A stretch of 64,000 nt of DNA, taken from the NCBI GenBank assembly GCA_017626405.1, contig JAGAIS010000002.1, forward strand, positions 62,189 through 126,188, given 5' to 3'. Made by a program: the position numbers and the translations under genes. This DNA is from Bacilli bacterium. GTDB lineage: Bacteria > Bacillota_I > Bacilli_A > RF39 > UBA660. Shown here piece by piece: positions 45,516 to 56,051 of the stretch (the first letter of the stretch is position 1; each line of letters starts with the position of its first letter). The notes beneath the pieces are model-generated. The model was given only the letters and a program-made list of their open reading frames with translations, searched no databases and had not been told where the DNA came from.

Positions 45516-47393
45516 ATGGCTAAAAAACAATTTAAAGCCGAGTCAAAAAAATTAATGGATTTAATGATTAATTCCATTTATACGAATAAAGAAATATTCT
45601 TAAGAGAATTAATATCTAATGCTAGTGATGCAATAGATAAATTGCATTATAAATCGCTTACTGATGAAAATGTAAAAGTAAATAAGAAAGATTTTCAAAT
45701 TAATGTATCAGTAGATGAAGAAGCTCGTACTATTACAATTAGTGATAATGGTATTGGTATGACTGCCGAAGAACTTGAAAATAATTTAGGAACAATAGCT
45801 AAAAGTGGATCAAGTGTATTCAAGGAAGAAAATGAACATAAAAAGAATATTGATATAATTGGTCAATTTGGTGTTGGATTCTATTCAGCATTTATGGTAG
45901 CATCAAAAATCAAAGTTGTATCTTTAGCTTATGGAGAGAGTGATGCTAATGTATGGGAATCAAGCGGAATAGATGGTTATACAATAAAAAGATGTGAAAA
46001 AGATACATACGGAACAGAAATAACTTTATTTATTAAAGAAGATGATGAAGATAATAACTATAGTGAATTTCTTCATGAACATACAATTTCTTCACTTATT
46101 AAAAAATACTCTAATTATATAACCTATCCAATTAAGATGAAGATGCATAAATCTGAATATAATGAAGAAACTAAAGAGTCTGAAGAGAAAGAGGTTATAG
46201 AAACTCTAAATGATATGGTGCCTCTATGGAAGAGAAATAAATCAAAGATAACTGATGATGAATACAATACTTTCTATTCTGATAAATTCTTTGATTATGA
46301 AGCTCCAATAGCAAAAATTCATACATCAGCTGAAGGACTAGTAAGTTATAATTCACTTTTATTTATTCCATCACATGCTCCATATGATTTCTATACTAAG
46401 AGTTATGAAAAAGGGTTACAACTTTATTCTAATGGCGTACTAATAATGGAGAAGTGTGCTGAACTTTTACCAGACTATTTCAGTTTTGTAAAAGGAGTTG
46501 TTGATTCACCTGATCTATCACTTAACATAAGCCGTGAAATGTTACAACAAGATAAAACTCTTACTACTATTGCGAAGTCACTTGAGACAAAAATAATAAA
46601 AGAATTAACTGACTTACAAAATGAAAAGAGAGAAGACTATAATAAGTTCTTTGAATCATTTGGAGCAAATATTAAATTTGGTATCTATGATCAATTTGGT
46701 ATGAATAAAGATAAATTAAAAGATTTATTAGTATTCAAGACTTCATTAAAGGATAAATCTATTACTCTAAAAGAATATGTCGATGGAATGAAAAAAGGAC
46801 AAGAAGCAATCTACTATTGTTGTGGCGAATCAATAGATAAAATAGATATGTTGCCTGTAGTTGAAAGCATCAAAGAAAAAAATTATGAAATTCTATATTG
46901 TACAGATTATATGGATGAATTCGTTCTTCAAACAATTGGGGAATATGATTCAAAGAAATTAGTTAATATAGCTAAAGAAAATGTTGATTTATCTGACGAA
47001 GAAGAAAAGAAACAAATTGAAGAAAAGAATAAAGACAGTAAAGATATGTTAGATTTTATTGCTTCATCAATCGATGGAATTGAATCAGTTAAATTTACTA
47101 ATAGACTTAAAAATCATCCAGTATGTTTAGTAAGTACGGGTGATGTAACAATTGAAATGGAAAAAGTAATTAATGCTATGCCAACTGATGAACATATAAG
47201 TGCTAAGAAAGTACTTGAAATAAATGCCAATCACAAGATAGCAGAAAAACTAGATAACCTTTATAAAAATGATAAAGAAGAATTGAAACGAGTTTCTAAG
47301 ATTCTATATGAATCATCAAGATTAATTGAAGGGTTATCAGTTGAAAATCCAACAGAACTTACTAATTTAATTTGTGAAGAGTTAACTAAATAA
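45516..47393 (+). CDS. htpG: molecular chaperone HtpG (Hsp90)
   Basis: FLRELISNASDAIDK, ISDNGIGM, IGQFGVGFYSAFMV GHKL-ATPase motifs; 625 aa. Confidence 0.95.
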   Translation: MAKKQFKAESKKLMDLMINSIYTNKEIFLRELISNASDAIDKLHYKSLTDENVKVNKKDFQINVSVDEEARTITISDNGIGMTAEELENNLGTIAKSGSSVFKEENEHKKNIDIIGQFGVGFYSAFMVASKIKVVSLAYGESDANVWESSGIDGYTIKRCEKDTYGTEITLFIKEDDEDNNYSEFLHEHTISSLIKKYSNYITYPIKMKMHKSEYNEETKESEEKEVIETLNDMVPLWKRNKSKITDDEYNTFYSDKFFDYEAPIAKIHTSAEGLVSYNSLLFIPSHAPYDFYTKSYEKGLQLYSNGVLIMEKCAELLPDYFSFVKGVVDSPDLSLNISREMLQQDKTLTTIAKSLETKIIKELTDLQNEKREDYNKFFESFGANIKFGIYDQFGMNKDKLKDLLVFKTSLKDKSITLKEYVDGMKKGQEAIYYCCGESIDKIDMLPVVESIKEKNYEILYCTDYMDEFVLQTIGEYDSKKLVNIAKENVDLSDEEEKKQIEEKNKDSKDMLDFIASSIDGIESVKFTNRLKNHPVCLVSTGDVTIEMEKVINAMPTDEHISAKKVLEINANHKIAEKLDNLYKNDKEELKRVSKILYESSRLIEGLSVENPTELTNLICEELTK

Positions 47394-47416
47394 GAGAGCA
47401 ATCTCTTATTTTTTTA
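47389..47416 (+). terminator. rho-independent terminator after htpG
   Basis: AATAAGAGA-GCAA-TCTCTTATT stem followed by T-run; overlaps the stop codon. Confidence 0.65.
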
Positions 47417-47441
47417 TGTTATAATTTAGTTGGTGAATAAT

Positions 47442-47957
47442 ATGGATAATAAAATAATCGAAGTTCTTGATAAAATGAAAAATATAAAATATGGATGGGT
47501 TGATAAATATAAAGTAATTCATACTCATTCTAAACTACAATATTTTCTAGATAACTATTTATATATGAGCATAGAAGATACCTTAAAATATAAAGTTGGA
47601 ACTTGTTTTGAAAAAGCTAACCTTTGCAAGTACTATTTAGGAAACAATGGAATTGATTCTAAAGTTTATATGATAGATTATGATACACCAGATAAATTTG
47701 CCAAACACACTATATGTGTAGTAGAAGATAATGGCACATTTTATTGGGTAGAATCTAGTTGGATAATAAATGGAACAAACAAGTTTTCTTCACTTGATAA
47801 ATTATTTGATGAGGCAATAAAAAAATATCCTAAGATGTATAAGATAGAAGGATTGGATAGATCATTAATTCATATATATGAAGTTAAAGATATTCCTTAC
47901 AACATAACATTCTCAGAATATTATAATTTAGTTAAGCAAATAAATACCAATAGTTAA
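47442..47957 (+). CDS. hypothetical protein (possible papain/transglutaminase-like fold)
   Basis: VGTCFEKANL...KHTICVV...WVESSW hints at a Cys/His arrangement, weakly. ATG 47442 follows a GGTGA RBS. Confidence 0.5.
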   Translation: MDNKIIEVLDKMKNIKYGWVDKYKVIHTHSKLQYFLDNYLYMSIEDTLKYKVGTCFEKANLCKYYLGNNGIDSKVYMIDYDTPDKFAKHTICVVEDNGTFYWVESSWIINGTNKFSSLDKLFDEAIKKYPKMYKIEGLDRSLIHIYEVKDIPYNITFSEYYNLVKQINTNS

Positions 47958-48392
47958 ATATGTAGCAAAGAGGATCCATATTAAATAAGGAATATTTAAA
48001 TATGCGGAAACTCTTTTTTCATGTCTCATTTCTTTAATCATTAGAAAAACTAAAATATCAAGTATTATTATCCATGCGGAAGCTAATAATCGGAATTTAA
48101 AGATAAAGAATATTATTGACCATAAGTAGTTAACTATTAATTGAGTATAATATAGTACTTTTAGTCTATTATTTGTGCGTATTTCATCTTTTTTAATTAA
48201 ATAGTATGAAATACCTAAAAGTAGATATATTGAACTCCATGCTATTGGAAATATAATAGATGGAGGGGAAAGAGAAGGTTTAATTAAAATATTATAATCT
48301 ATATGATTTTTTATTATAAATCCAACTAATGAACCTCCAATTAGTGGAGTAAATAATAAACCAATATTCTTTAAAACTTTCATAAACATCAC
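47928..48392 (-). CDS. tspO: TspO/MBR family tryptophan-rich sensory protein
   Basis: Five TM helices; PSLSPPSIIFPIAWSSIYLLLGISYY and NYLWSIIFF motifs. Start codon ambiguous (48392/48389/48383). Confidence 0.8.
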   Translation of the reverse strand: MMFMKVLKNIGLLFTPLIGGSLVGFIIKNHIDYNILIKPSLSPPSIIFPIAWSSIYLLLGISYYLIKKDEIRTNNRLKVLYYTQLIVNYLWSIIFFIFKFRLLASAWIIILDILVFLMIKEMRHEKRVSAYLNIPYLIWILFATYLTIGIYLLN

Positions 48393-48444
48393 TTATTATA
48401 TTTTATGTATATTATTTCTTTTTATACATGGTATACTATAATCA

Positions 48445-49281
48445 GTGATTTTTATGAATGAGACTATTTTAAAGTGTTTTAGTATTTTATTAAATGATTA
48501 TCCTGACTATATAGATGAATCTTTAATTAGAGAAGTTAATTCTGAGGGTATTCTTTCAAATGAAGAGACAGTAAGAATTATTATTTCTGCACTATTTAAA
48601 TTAGATGATAATCGAGAGGTTATGGATAAATATTTTAAGTATATATTTAAAGAGTTAAATATTGAAGATTATAATAGCAATTTATTTCTTAGGAATATTA
48701 AGTTAGATAATATTAAATATAAAAATTGGAAAATTGAGAATATGAGTTATAAACCTTATGAATTATTTGTCTATAATGATCTAGAAGTAAGGGATAAATG
48801 TGTCATTCCTCAAATTGGTTTTTTTGCATCTAATTATAATTATCCAGCTATTTACGAGAATAATCGCATTTGGATGTTAATAACACCTAATGAGATAAAT
48901 ACAATGGATACCCCTATTAAAGAATCTTTTGGGAATGTCTTAACATATGGACTTGGAATAGGGTATTATGCATACATGGTATCTTTAAAAGAAAATGTTA
49001 AAAGTATAACTATTATTGAAAAAGATAAATCGGTCATTGAATTATTTGAAAATAATATTTTACCTCAATTTGCATGTCGAGATAAGATCAATATAATCTG
49101 TATTGATGCGATAGAATATGCAAAAAAGAAAATAAAGTATGATTATGTATTTGTCGATATTTGGCATGATCCGAGTGATGCTATTGATTTGTATAAGGAG
49201 TTTAAATTACTTGAGAGAGAAGACACTAAATATAGTTATTGGATTGAAAAAACTATTCAATACTACTTAGATAAGTTATAA
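48445..49281 (+). CDS. hypothetical protein with spermidine-synthase-like class I methyltransferase-fold features
   Basis: VLTYGLGIGYYAYM (G-rich loop), TIIEKD (acidic loop), DYVFVDIW. Weak motif-level call. Confidence 0.5.
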   Translation: MIFMNETILKCFSILLNDYPDYIDESLIREVNSEGILSNEETVRIIISALFKLDDNREVMDKYFKYIFKELNIEDYNSNLFLRNIKLDNIKYKNWKIENMSYKPYELFVYNDLEVRDKCVIPQIGFFASNYNYPAIYENNRIWMLITPNEINTMDTPIKESFGNVLTYGLGIGYYAYMVSLKENVKSITIIEKDKSVIELFENNILPQFACRDKINIICIDAIEYAKKKIKYDYVFVDIWHDPSDAIDLYKEFKLLEREDTKYSYWIEKTIQYYLDKL

Positions 49282-49301
49282 TAACTGTAAGGGGGATCAC
49301 T

Positions 49302-49805
49302 ATGGAAAAATATAATTTAAGTAATTTAGAGAGAAAAAATTTTAGTCGAGCAGCAAATCAAATATATGAGATTACTGATTATAATCATTCTCAATATCCA
49401 GAATACTATAAATGGTTTTATGGTAAGAGTTTGCCTAGAGTATTAAATGGTACTGGTGAGATAATGTTTTACCTTGATGCGTTCACAATTGTTGGGCTAA
49501 CAATACTAAAAAGTACTGATGAAGAAAAGAAAATGTGTACTTTTATGATCAATGAAGAATATCGAAAAAGGGGATTTGCTCATGCTTTGTTAGAAGATGC
49601 CTTTACTTATTTAGATACTGAAAAACCATTAGTAACGATACCTGAATTTAGGTTAGAAGAATTCAGTAAGATAATAGATTCTTATGGTTGGGTTTCATCA
49701 AGAGAAATTGATGATTATAATACAAAAGAAATAATATTTAATGATCCGTCCATTAATGTTGAAAAAGATTTAAAAAAATTACAATATCCGAATAAATCAA
49801 TATAA
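49302..49805 (+). CDS. GNAT-family N-acetyltransferase
   Basis: INEEYRKRGFAHALLEDA matches the GNAT motif A (R/Q-x-x-G-x-A/G). GGGGGA RBS. Confidence 0.7.
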   Translation: MEKYNLSNLERKNFSRAANQIYEITDYNHSQYPEYYKWFYGKSLPRVLNGTGEIMFYLDAFTIVGLTILKSTDEEKKMCTFMINEEYRKRGFAHALLEDAFTYLDTEKPLVTIPEFRLEEFSKIIDSYGWVSSREIDDYNTKEIIFNDPSINVEKDLKKLQYPNKSI

Positions 49806-49906
49806 ATAATTATTGATTTTTTTATTGTAGAAAAATAGATAAAATAATAATTGTATTAAAGAATAATTGCTTGATATAATAAGATTAGAGAATAGGAGTG
49901 TATTAT

Positions 49907-50785
49907 ATGGAAAAACCTAAAGTTTATTTTAGTAGTAGAATTACCGAAGATAATGTTATTGAACTTTATAAAAAATTAAATATAAGTTTGAATGGTAGAG
50001 TAGCAGTTAAGGTTCATTCTGGAGAAGAAGGTAATCAAAACTATTTGCGCCCACTTTTCCTAAAGCCAATAATTGATTATGTAGGTGGTACAGTAGTCGA
50101 ATGTAATACTGCGTATGATGGAGCAAGAGATACAACTGAAAAGCACTTAAATTTGATGTCTAATCACGATTGGAACAAATACTTCAATGTTGATATTTTA
50201 GATAGTGATTCTGATATGGAAATATCTGTCCCAAATGGGAAAGTAATTACGAAAAACTATGTAGGTTCAAAATTAAAAGACTATGATTCTATTTTAGTTT
50301 TGTCACATTTTAAAGGACATCCGATGGGCGGTTTTGGCGGGGCTTTAAAACAATTATCTATCGGATTTGCATCATCTAAAGGAAAACGTTATATTCATTG
50401 TGCAGGAAAAGAAAATGGATCTTATGAAGATATGTTCGAGACTGATCAATTGAAATTTATAAGTGCTATGGCCGATGCTGCATCAAGTGTTCATAAATAT
50501 TTTGAAAATAGAATAGCCTATATAAATATTATGTGTAATTTAAGTGTCGATTGTGATTGTTGTAAAGTTGCAGAAGACCCATGTATGAAAGATATTGGAA
50601 TTCTTGCATCATTAGATCCAATTGCCCTTGATCAAGCCTGCATCGATTTAGTATATAATTCGTGCGATCCTGGAAGAGATCACTTAGTTGAAAGAATTGA
50701 GTCAAGACATGGGACGAAAGTAATTGACGATGCGAACTCTCTTAGATTTGGTACTAGAGAATACGAACTTATCAATATAGATTAA
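49907..50785 (+). CDS. DUF362-domain protein (putative Fe-S binding)
   Basis: VKVHSGEEGN...LSHFKGHPMGGFGGALK...CNLSVDCDCC pattern seen in DUF362 proteins. AGGAG RBS before ATG 49907. Confidence 0.65.
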   Translation: MEKPKVYFSSRITEDNVIELYKKLNISLNGRVAVKVHSGEEGNQNYLRPLFLKPIIDYVGGTVVECNTAYDGARDTTEKHLNLMSNHDWNKYFNVDILDSDSDMEISVPNGKVITKNYVGSKLKDYDSILVLSHFKGHPMGGFGGALKQLSIGFASSKGKRYIHCAGKENGSYEDMFETDQLKFISAMADAASSVHKYFENRIAYINIMCNLSVDCDCCKVAEDPCMKDIGILASLDPIALDQACIDLVYNSCDPGRDHLVERIESRHGTKVIDDANSLRFGTREYELINID

Positions 50786-50807
50786 AGATACTATAGTATC
50801 TTTTTTT
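50784..50807 (+). terminator. rho-independent terminator
   Basis: AAAGATAC-TATA-GTATCTTT stem followed by T-run. Confidence 0.65.
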
Positions 50808-50839
50808 ATTGTATACATATTATTAAATAAGGAGAAAAT

Positions 50840-51385
50840 ATGAATATATTAAAAATAATACTTATAGGTTATGGACTTTCAGCTGATGCCTTTGCTGCAA
50901 GTATTGTAGCTAGTTTGGAAAGTAATAGATCAGTAAAAATAGCATTTATGTGTAGTGCTATATTTGGCGTTTTTCAAGGAATTATGCCATTTTTAGGTTA
51001 TCTTTTATCAATGAATTTCAGTAAATATGTAAGTGCAGTAGATCATTTTATTGCATTTTTTTTACTAACTATAATTGGTATAAATATGATAAAAGAACGC
51101 GATAAAAAGGAGGATAATACAAAATACGATTTTAAAACAATTTTTATTTTGGGAATAGCAACATCAATAGATGCTTTTGCTGTTGGAACAACTATTGGTG
51201 TAATGGGATTGCCAGTATTATTATCTTGTATAATGATTGCAATTATAACTTTTTTACTTTGTCTAATTGCATCTTTTATTGGCAATTTCATTGGCATTCA
51301 TCATGCATCTTCTTCAAAATTAATTGGTGGTATTATTTTAATAATTATTGGTATTCATACTCTAATTGAGCATCTTATGTTATAA
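50840..51385 (+). CDS. mntP: manganese efflux pump MntP
   Basis: GLSADAFA and ATSIDAFAVG duplicated motifs, six TM helices, about 180 aa. Confidence 0.85.
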   Translation: MNILKIILIGYGLSADAFAASIVASLESNRSVKIAFMCSAIFGVFQGIMPFLGYLLSMNFSKYVSAVDHFIAFFLLTIIGINMIKERDKKEDNTKYDFKTIFILGIATSIDAFAVGTTIGVMGLPVLLSCIMIAIITFLLCLIASFIGNFIGIHHASSSKLIGGIILIIIGIHTLIEHLML

Positions 51386-51402
51386 TTTAGATAGGTGATA
51401 AT

Positions 51403-52203
51403 ATGAAGACAGTAGTTATAACTGGTTCGGCTCGAGGTTTTGGATACGCTATGATAGAGTTATTTTATAAGAATAACTTTAATGTTGTTGTAACTGATAT
51501 CAATGAAAATGAACTGGATAAAGCAGTAAATAAACTTGCTATGATTGAAAGTGGTGGTGAAATACTTTCTTTTAATGTCGATGTTACAAAATCAAGTGAC
51601 ATCGATGTTGTAATTCAAGAGACAGTTTTAGAATTTGGCGGTATCGATATTTGGATAAATAATGCGGGAGTTAACCAACCAAATAAGCCTATTTGGGAAC
51701 TTGATGAAGAGGTAATTAATAGACTTATCGACATCGATATAAAAGCTGTAGTTAATTCAACGAGACTAGTTATTAATCAAATGAATAAACAAGGATACGG
51801 AGCAATATATAATGTCGAAGGTCATGGCTCAAATGATGCAACAATTACTGGTTTATCAATTTATGGTATGTCTAAAAGAGCTGTAACATATTTTACTGAT
51901 GCTCTAATTCATGAAACAAAAGAAAAAAATATCAATATAACAATAGGAAAGATTACGCCTGGAATAATGATAACTAACTTTATAAGTACATCTCTAGGTG
52001 ATGGGAAAAAGATAATCTTAGATGATAAGACAAAGAAAATATACAATATTTTAGGCGATTATCCCGAAACAATTGCAAAATTTATGGTTAGTAAGATCAT
52101 AAAAAATAAAAAGAAATATCCAAAATTTGTATTTCTTTCAAATAGAAGAGCTGCTTGGCGATTTATGACTTCAGGATTTAATAAAAAGAACTATTTTGAA
52201 TAG
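51403..52203 (+). CDS. SDR-family oxidoreductase
   Basis: VVITGSARGFG (TGxxxGxG), NNAG, YGMSK (YxxxK). Confidence 0.85.
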   Translation: MKTVVITGSARGFGYAMIELFYKNNFNVVVTDINENELDKAVNKLAMIESGGEILSFNVDVTKSSDIDVVIQETVLEFGGIDIWINNAGVNQPNKPIWELDEEVINRLIDIDIKAVVNSTRLVINQMNKQGYGAIYNVEGHGSNDATITGLSIYGMSKRAVTYFTDALIHETKEKNINITIGKITPGIMITNFISTSLGDGKKIILDDKTKKIYNILGDYPETIAKFMVSKIIKNKKKYPKFVFLSNRRAAWRFMTSGFNKKNYFE

Positions 52204-52222
52204 TATTATACTATTCTTTTTT
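52198..52222 (+). terminator. rho-independent terminator
   Basis: GAATAGTA-TTA-TACTATTC stem followed by T-run. Confidence 0.6.
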
Positions 52223-52272
52223 CTTGTTTAAATTATTATTTAATGGTATTATTTTTATGTCGAGGTAATACT

Positions 52273-53100
52273 ATGGAAAGATATAAAGAGATTGAGAGAA
52301 GTATAATTACTAAATATCGTAAGACTATATGGGCACCATTTTGTCGTGCCGTATCCGATTATGAACTAATAAATGAGGGAGATTCTCTAATGGTTTGTAT
52401 AAGTGGAGGAAAGGACTCTTTCCTTTTAGCAAAGTGTATCGAAGAACTAAGAGTTCATGGTAAAGTTAAATTTGATGCTAAATATGTAGTTATGGATCCA
52501 GGATATTTGAAGAGTAATAGAAATATGATTATTGAAAATGCAAAGATACTTAATATCGATATCGAAATATTTGAAAGTAATATATTTGAGGTAGTTAATA
52601 ATACAGATTTTAAAAGCCCATGTTATTTATGTGCTAGAATGCGTAGGGGATACCTTTATAACCATGCTAAAGAGATTGGATGTAATAAAATTGTATTAGG
52701 ACATCATTTTGATGATGTCATTGAAACAACACTTTTATCAATGTTCTATGGAGCTGAAGTGAAGACAATGCTTCCAAAAGTAAAAAGCGATAATTATGAG
52801 GGATTAGAATTAATTAGACCAATGTATTTAGTAAAGGAAGAAGATATACTAAAGTGGGTTAAATATAATGATTTAAGATTTCTAAACTGTGCTTGTAGAT
52901 TTACTGAAATGAATGATAAACATGAAATAGAAAGTAAGAGAAAAGAAATTAAAGAGTTAATCAAAGAGTTAAGGAAAACTTATGAAGAAATTGATAATAA
53001 TATATTTAAATCGATGGGAAATATTAATCTGAACTGTGTACTTGGATATCATAAAGATTCCGAATCATATACATTCTTAGATAGTTTTAAAGAAAAATAA
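52273..53100 (+). CDS. PP-loop ATPase, tRNA 2-thiocytidine biosynthesis TtcA-like
   Basis: VCISGGKDS (SGGxDS PP-loop), CYLCARMRRG, LGHHFDD. ATG 52273 follows a GAGGT RBS. Confidence 0.8.
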   Translation: MERYKEIERSIITKYRKTIWAPFCRAVSDYELINEGDSLMVCISGGKDSFLLAKCIEELRVHGKVKFDAKYVVMDPGYLKSNRNMIIENAKILNIDIEIFESNIFEVVNNTDFKSPCYLCARMRRGYLYNHAKEIGCNKIVLGHHFDDVIETTLLSMFYGAEVKTMLPKVKSDNYEGLELIRPMYLVKEEDILKWVKYNDLRFLNCACRFTEMNDKHEIESKRKEIKELIKELRKTYEEIDNNIFKSMGNINLNCVLGYHKDSESYTFLDSFKEK

Positions 53101-53250
53101 TGTTTTTTCTTTTTTTTGAAGTAAAATAAAAAATTTTTGTTAATATATATATTGAAAAGAAAATTACTATATAAGTTTTATAAAATGCGTTATAATTAAT
53201 TTAGATAAATTAAACTTTTATAAGTTAATATGGTGTTAGTAGGTGATAGA

Positions 53251-54453
53251 ATGAAGGTTATTGTTGTTGGATCAGGTCCTAGTGGAATGATAGCAGCTAT
53301 AAGACTTGCTTTAAACAATGAAGTGGTATTAGTTGATAGTAATAACTCATTGGGCAAAAAATTGTTATTGAGTGGAAACGGAAAGTGTAATTATTGGAAT
53401 AGAAATATTGTTCCTTCTAAATATATAACTGATGATGGTTTTATTTTATCTTCTATTCTTACAAGAGATAATATAGATAATACTTTTAAGTTTTTAGATA
53501 GTTTGGGTTTATATCCAACAATCAAAGGAGATTTATATTATCCATATTCTGAAAATTCCCATAGTGTATTATCGATTTTAAAAAGGAAATTAGAGTCTAG
53601 CAATGTTGAGATAAAATATAATTTTAAAGTAATCGATATAAAAAAGGAAAATGGAGTATTTACTATCGTTAGCAGTGATAATGAGACAATTACTTCTGAT
53701 GCTGTTATTATTGCATCGGGGGGGTCTTCCATGAAAAAAACAGGAAGTGATGGAAGCATTATGAATATACTTAAAAGTATGGGGCACGAAGTTATACCCT
53801 TTATTCCTTCGCTAAATCGCATTACTTTAGGTTGTAATTTTAAAAGTATTGAGAACATTAGAAGTAGAGCTAGTATAAAAGTATTAGTAAATAATGAAGA
53901 ACTGTTTGAAGATAGTGGAGAAGTATTATTTAAAAGTGATGGCATAAGTGGAATTGTATCTTTTAATGCTAGTGCTTATGTGTCCTATTATTTGAATAAA
54001 GGGAATAATATTGATATAGCAATTAATTATTTAAATAACATTGACAATGTAGATGAATTCTTAAAAAATCGCTCAGAACAACTAAATAATCCAAGTATTG
54101 AAAGTTTATTGGAAAGTTTAATTGACTATCGTTTAATGTTTTATTTGTTGGATTATATAAGTTTAAATAAAGATAAATTGTACAATAGTTTAACTGAAGA
54201 AGAAAAAAATAATTTAATCTCAGTACTTACAAATAATAAATATAGAGCATTGGAAGTAGGTGACTTAGATTCTAGTCAGGTAAGCATTGGAGGATTAAAA
54301 CTTACAAATATTAATCCGAATAATTTTGAATCAAATATAGTATCTAACTTATATATTATTGGAGAAGCATTAGATGTTGCTGGTATATGTGGAGGTTATA
54401 ATATTGCCTTTGCATTTATTAGTGGATTTATTGTGGGGTGTCATTTATGTTGA
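53251..54453 (+). CDS. HI0933/BaiN-like FAD-dependent flavoprotein
   Basis: VIVVGSGPSGMIAA and LLSGNGKCNYWN (GxGxCNxxN) motifs; C-terminal GEALDVAGICGGYN. Confidence 0.75.
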   Translation: MKVIVVGSGPSGMIAAIRLALNNEVVLVDSNNSLGKKLLLSGNGKCNYWNRNIVPSKYITDDGFILSSILTRDNIDNTFKFLDSLGLYPTIKGDLYYPYSENSHSVLSILKRKLESSNVEIKYNFKVIDIKKENGVFTIVSSDNETITSDAVIIASGGSSMKKTGSDGSIMNILKSMGHEVIPFIPSLNRITLGCNFKSIENIRSRASIKVLVNNEELFEDSGEVLFKSDGISGIVSFNASAYVSYYLNKGNNIDIAINYLNNIDNVDEFLKNRSEQLNNPSIESLLESLIDYRLMFYLLDYISLNKDKLYNSLTEEEKNNLISVLTNNKYRALEVGDLDSSQVSIGGLKLTNINPNNFESNIVSNLYIIGEALDVAGICGGYNIAFAFISGFIVGCHLC

Positions 54454-56051
54454 GAGTAAGACAAGTTAAAGTTCCTGTAATGAATGATACAAGCGAAGCG
54501 CTAAAGAAATCTCTAGCATTAAAACTTCATATTGATGAACAAAGAATAAAAAAAATAGATGTTGTTAAACAATCAATTGATGCTAGAAAAAAAGATGAAA
54601 TTTATTATGTATATGAAGTAGATGTAAATATTGATAATGAAAAGCAAATATTAAATAGTTTTAAGAATAATAATGATATTTTGACTTCTCCTAGCAAAGA
54701 ATATACAATCGAGTGTACAGGAACAAAAGTTTTAGAGTATCCACCAATTATTGTTGGTTCAGGCCCTTCGGGGTTATTTGCAGCTTTAAACTTACTAGAG
54801 CATGGCATAAAGCCAATCATTATTGAACGCGGTAAAAAAGTAGATGAAAGAGTAAAAGATATTGAGAAATTAATTGATGAAAATAAACTTGATGAAGAAT
54901 CGAATGTTCAATTTGGTGAAGGTGGGGCAGGAACCTTCTCTGACGGCAAATTAAACACACTTATTAAAGATACGGAGAATAGATGTCGAAAGGTATTTGA
55001 AACATTCGTTGAATGCGGAGCGGATGCTGATATTTTATATAGTTATAAACCACATATTGGAACCGATGTATTGAGGGTTGTAATTAAAAACTTGAGGAAA
55101 AAAATTGAATACTTAGGTGGTAAATTCTTATTTAATACTAAAATGACTGATGTAATAATTCGCGATGGTAAAGTATTGGGAATAGAAGTCAATAATAGCG
55201 AAGTAATAAAAACCAATATTTTAATTTTAGCTATAGGTAATTCAGCGCGTGATACTTTTGAAATGCTATGTAAAAGAGAAATTCCAATGGAATCAAAAAG
55301 ATTTGCTGTGGGAGTTAGAATTATGCATCCTCAAGGATTAATAGATGTTTCTCAAAATGGAGAAAAATACTGTGATGTTCTATCACCAGCTACTTACAAA
55401 TTGACTCAACCAATTGGCAATCGCGGAGTTTATACTTTCTGCATGTGTCCGGGAGGATATATTATTAATGCATCAAGTGAAAAAGAACGCATATGTGTAA
55501 ATGGTATGAGTTATCATAAAAGAGATAGTGGATATGCTAACTCGGCAATTGTTGTTACAGTGTCGGAAAGTGATTATGGTAATGATGTCTTAAGTGGACT
55601 TAATTATCAGAGAAAACTAGAAGATAAAGCGTATAAATTAGGTAATGGTTTAATACCAGTTCAAACTTTAAAGGATTTTTTTAATAATGAATTAACTATC
55701 ACAGAAAAAGATGATTTAAAGATTCAAGGTAAGTATCAATTTGCCAATTTGAATAATTTATTTGATCCGGTCATAACCGATTCGATAAAAAAGGGAATTG
55801 AAACTTTTGATAAACGCATTAAGAATTTTAAATATGAAGATGCGATTTTAGCGGCTGTCGAAACTCGTACATCATCGCCAATTCGCATTGATAGGAATGC
55901 AAATTTAGAATCATCAATAGGTGGATTATATCCGGCTGGTGAAGGAGCGGGATATGCTGGTGGAATAACGTCGAGTGCCATTGATGGATTAAAAGTAGCT
56001 GAATCAATTTTAAAAGAATATAGAGGAGATACAAATGAGCAAAATGACTAA
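54447..56051 (+). CDS. NAD(P)/FAD-dependent oxidoreductase (COG2509-like)
   Basis: PIIVGSGPSGLFAAL dinucleotide motif, FGEGGAGTFSDGKL, C-terminal YPAGEGAGYAGGI. Confidence 0.75.
   Translation: MLRVRQVKVPVMNDTSEALKKSLALKLHIDEQRIKKIDVVKQSIDARKKDEIYYVYEVDVNIDNEKQILNSFKNNNDILTSPSKEYTIECTGTKVLEYPPIIVGSGPSGLFAALNLLEHGIKPIIIERGKKVDERVKDIEKLIDENKLDEESNVQFGEGGAGTFSDGKLNTLIKDTENRCRKVFETFVECGADADILYSYKPHIGTDVLRVVIKNLRKKIEYLGGKFLFNTKMTDVIIRDGKVLGIEVNNSEVIKTNILILAIGNSARDTFEMLCKREIPMESKRFAVGVRIMHPQGLIDVSQNGEKYCDVLSPATYKLTQPIGNRGVYTFCMCPGGYIINASSEKERICVNGMSYHKRDSGYANSAIVVTVSESDYGNDVLSGLNYQRKLEDKAYKLGNGLIPVQTLKDFFNNELTITEKDDLKIQGKYQFANLNNLFDPVITDSIKKGIETFDKRIKNFKYEDAILAAVETRTSSPIRIDRNANLESSIGGLYPAGEGAGYAGGITSSAIDGLKVAESILKEYRGDTNEQND

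Noticed and set aside
47928-47957. 30-nt convergent overlap between the hypothetical gene ending at 47957 and tspO
   Set aside because: It is real in the sequence, but short 3' overlaps of convergent genes are common in compact genomes. No additional structure is seen.
50786-50839. yybP-ykoY manganese riboswitch upstream of mntP
   Set aside because: The leader is only about 54 nt and is occupied by the preceding gene's terminator and the RBS. There is no room for a riboswitch aptamer of about 100 nt or more.
53538-53945. 135-aa and 65-aa minus-strand ORFs inside the HI0933-like flavoprotein gene
   Set aside because: These are shadow ORFs antisense to a motif-supported gene, with no RBS.
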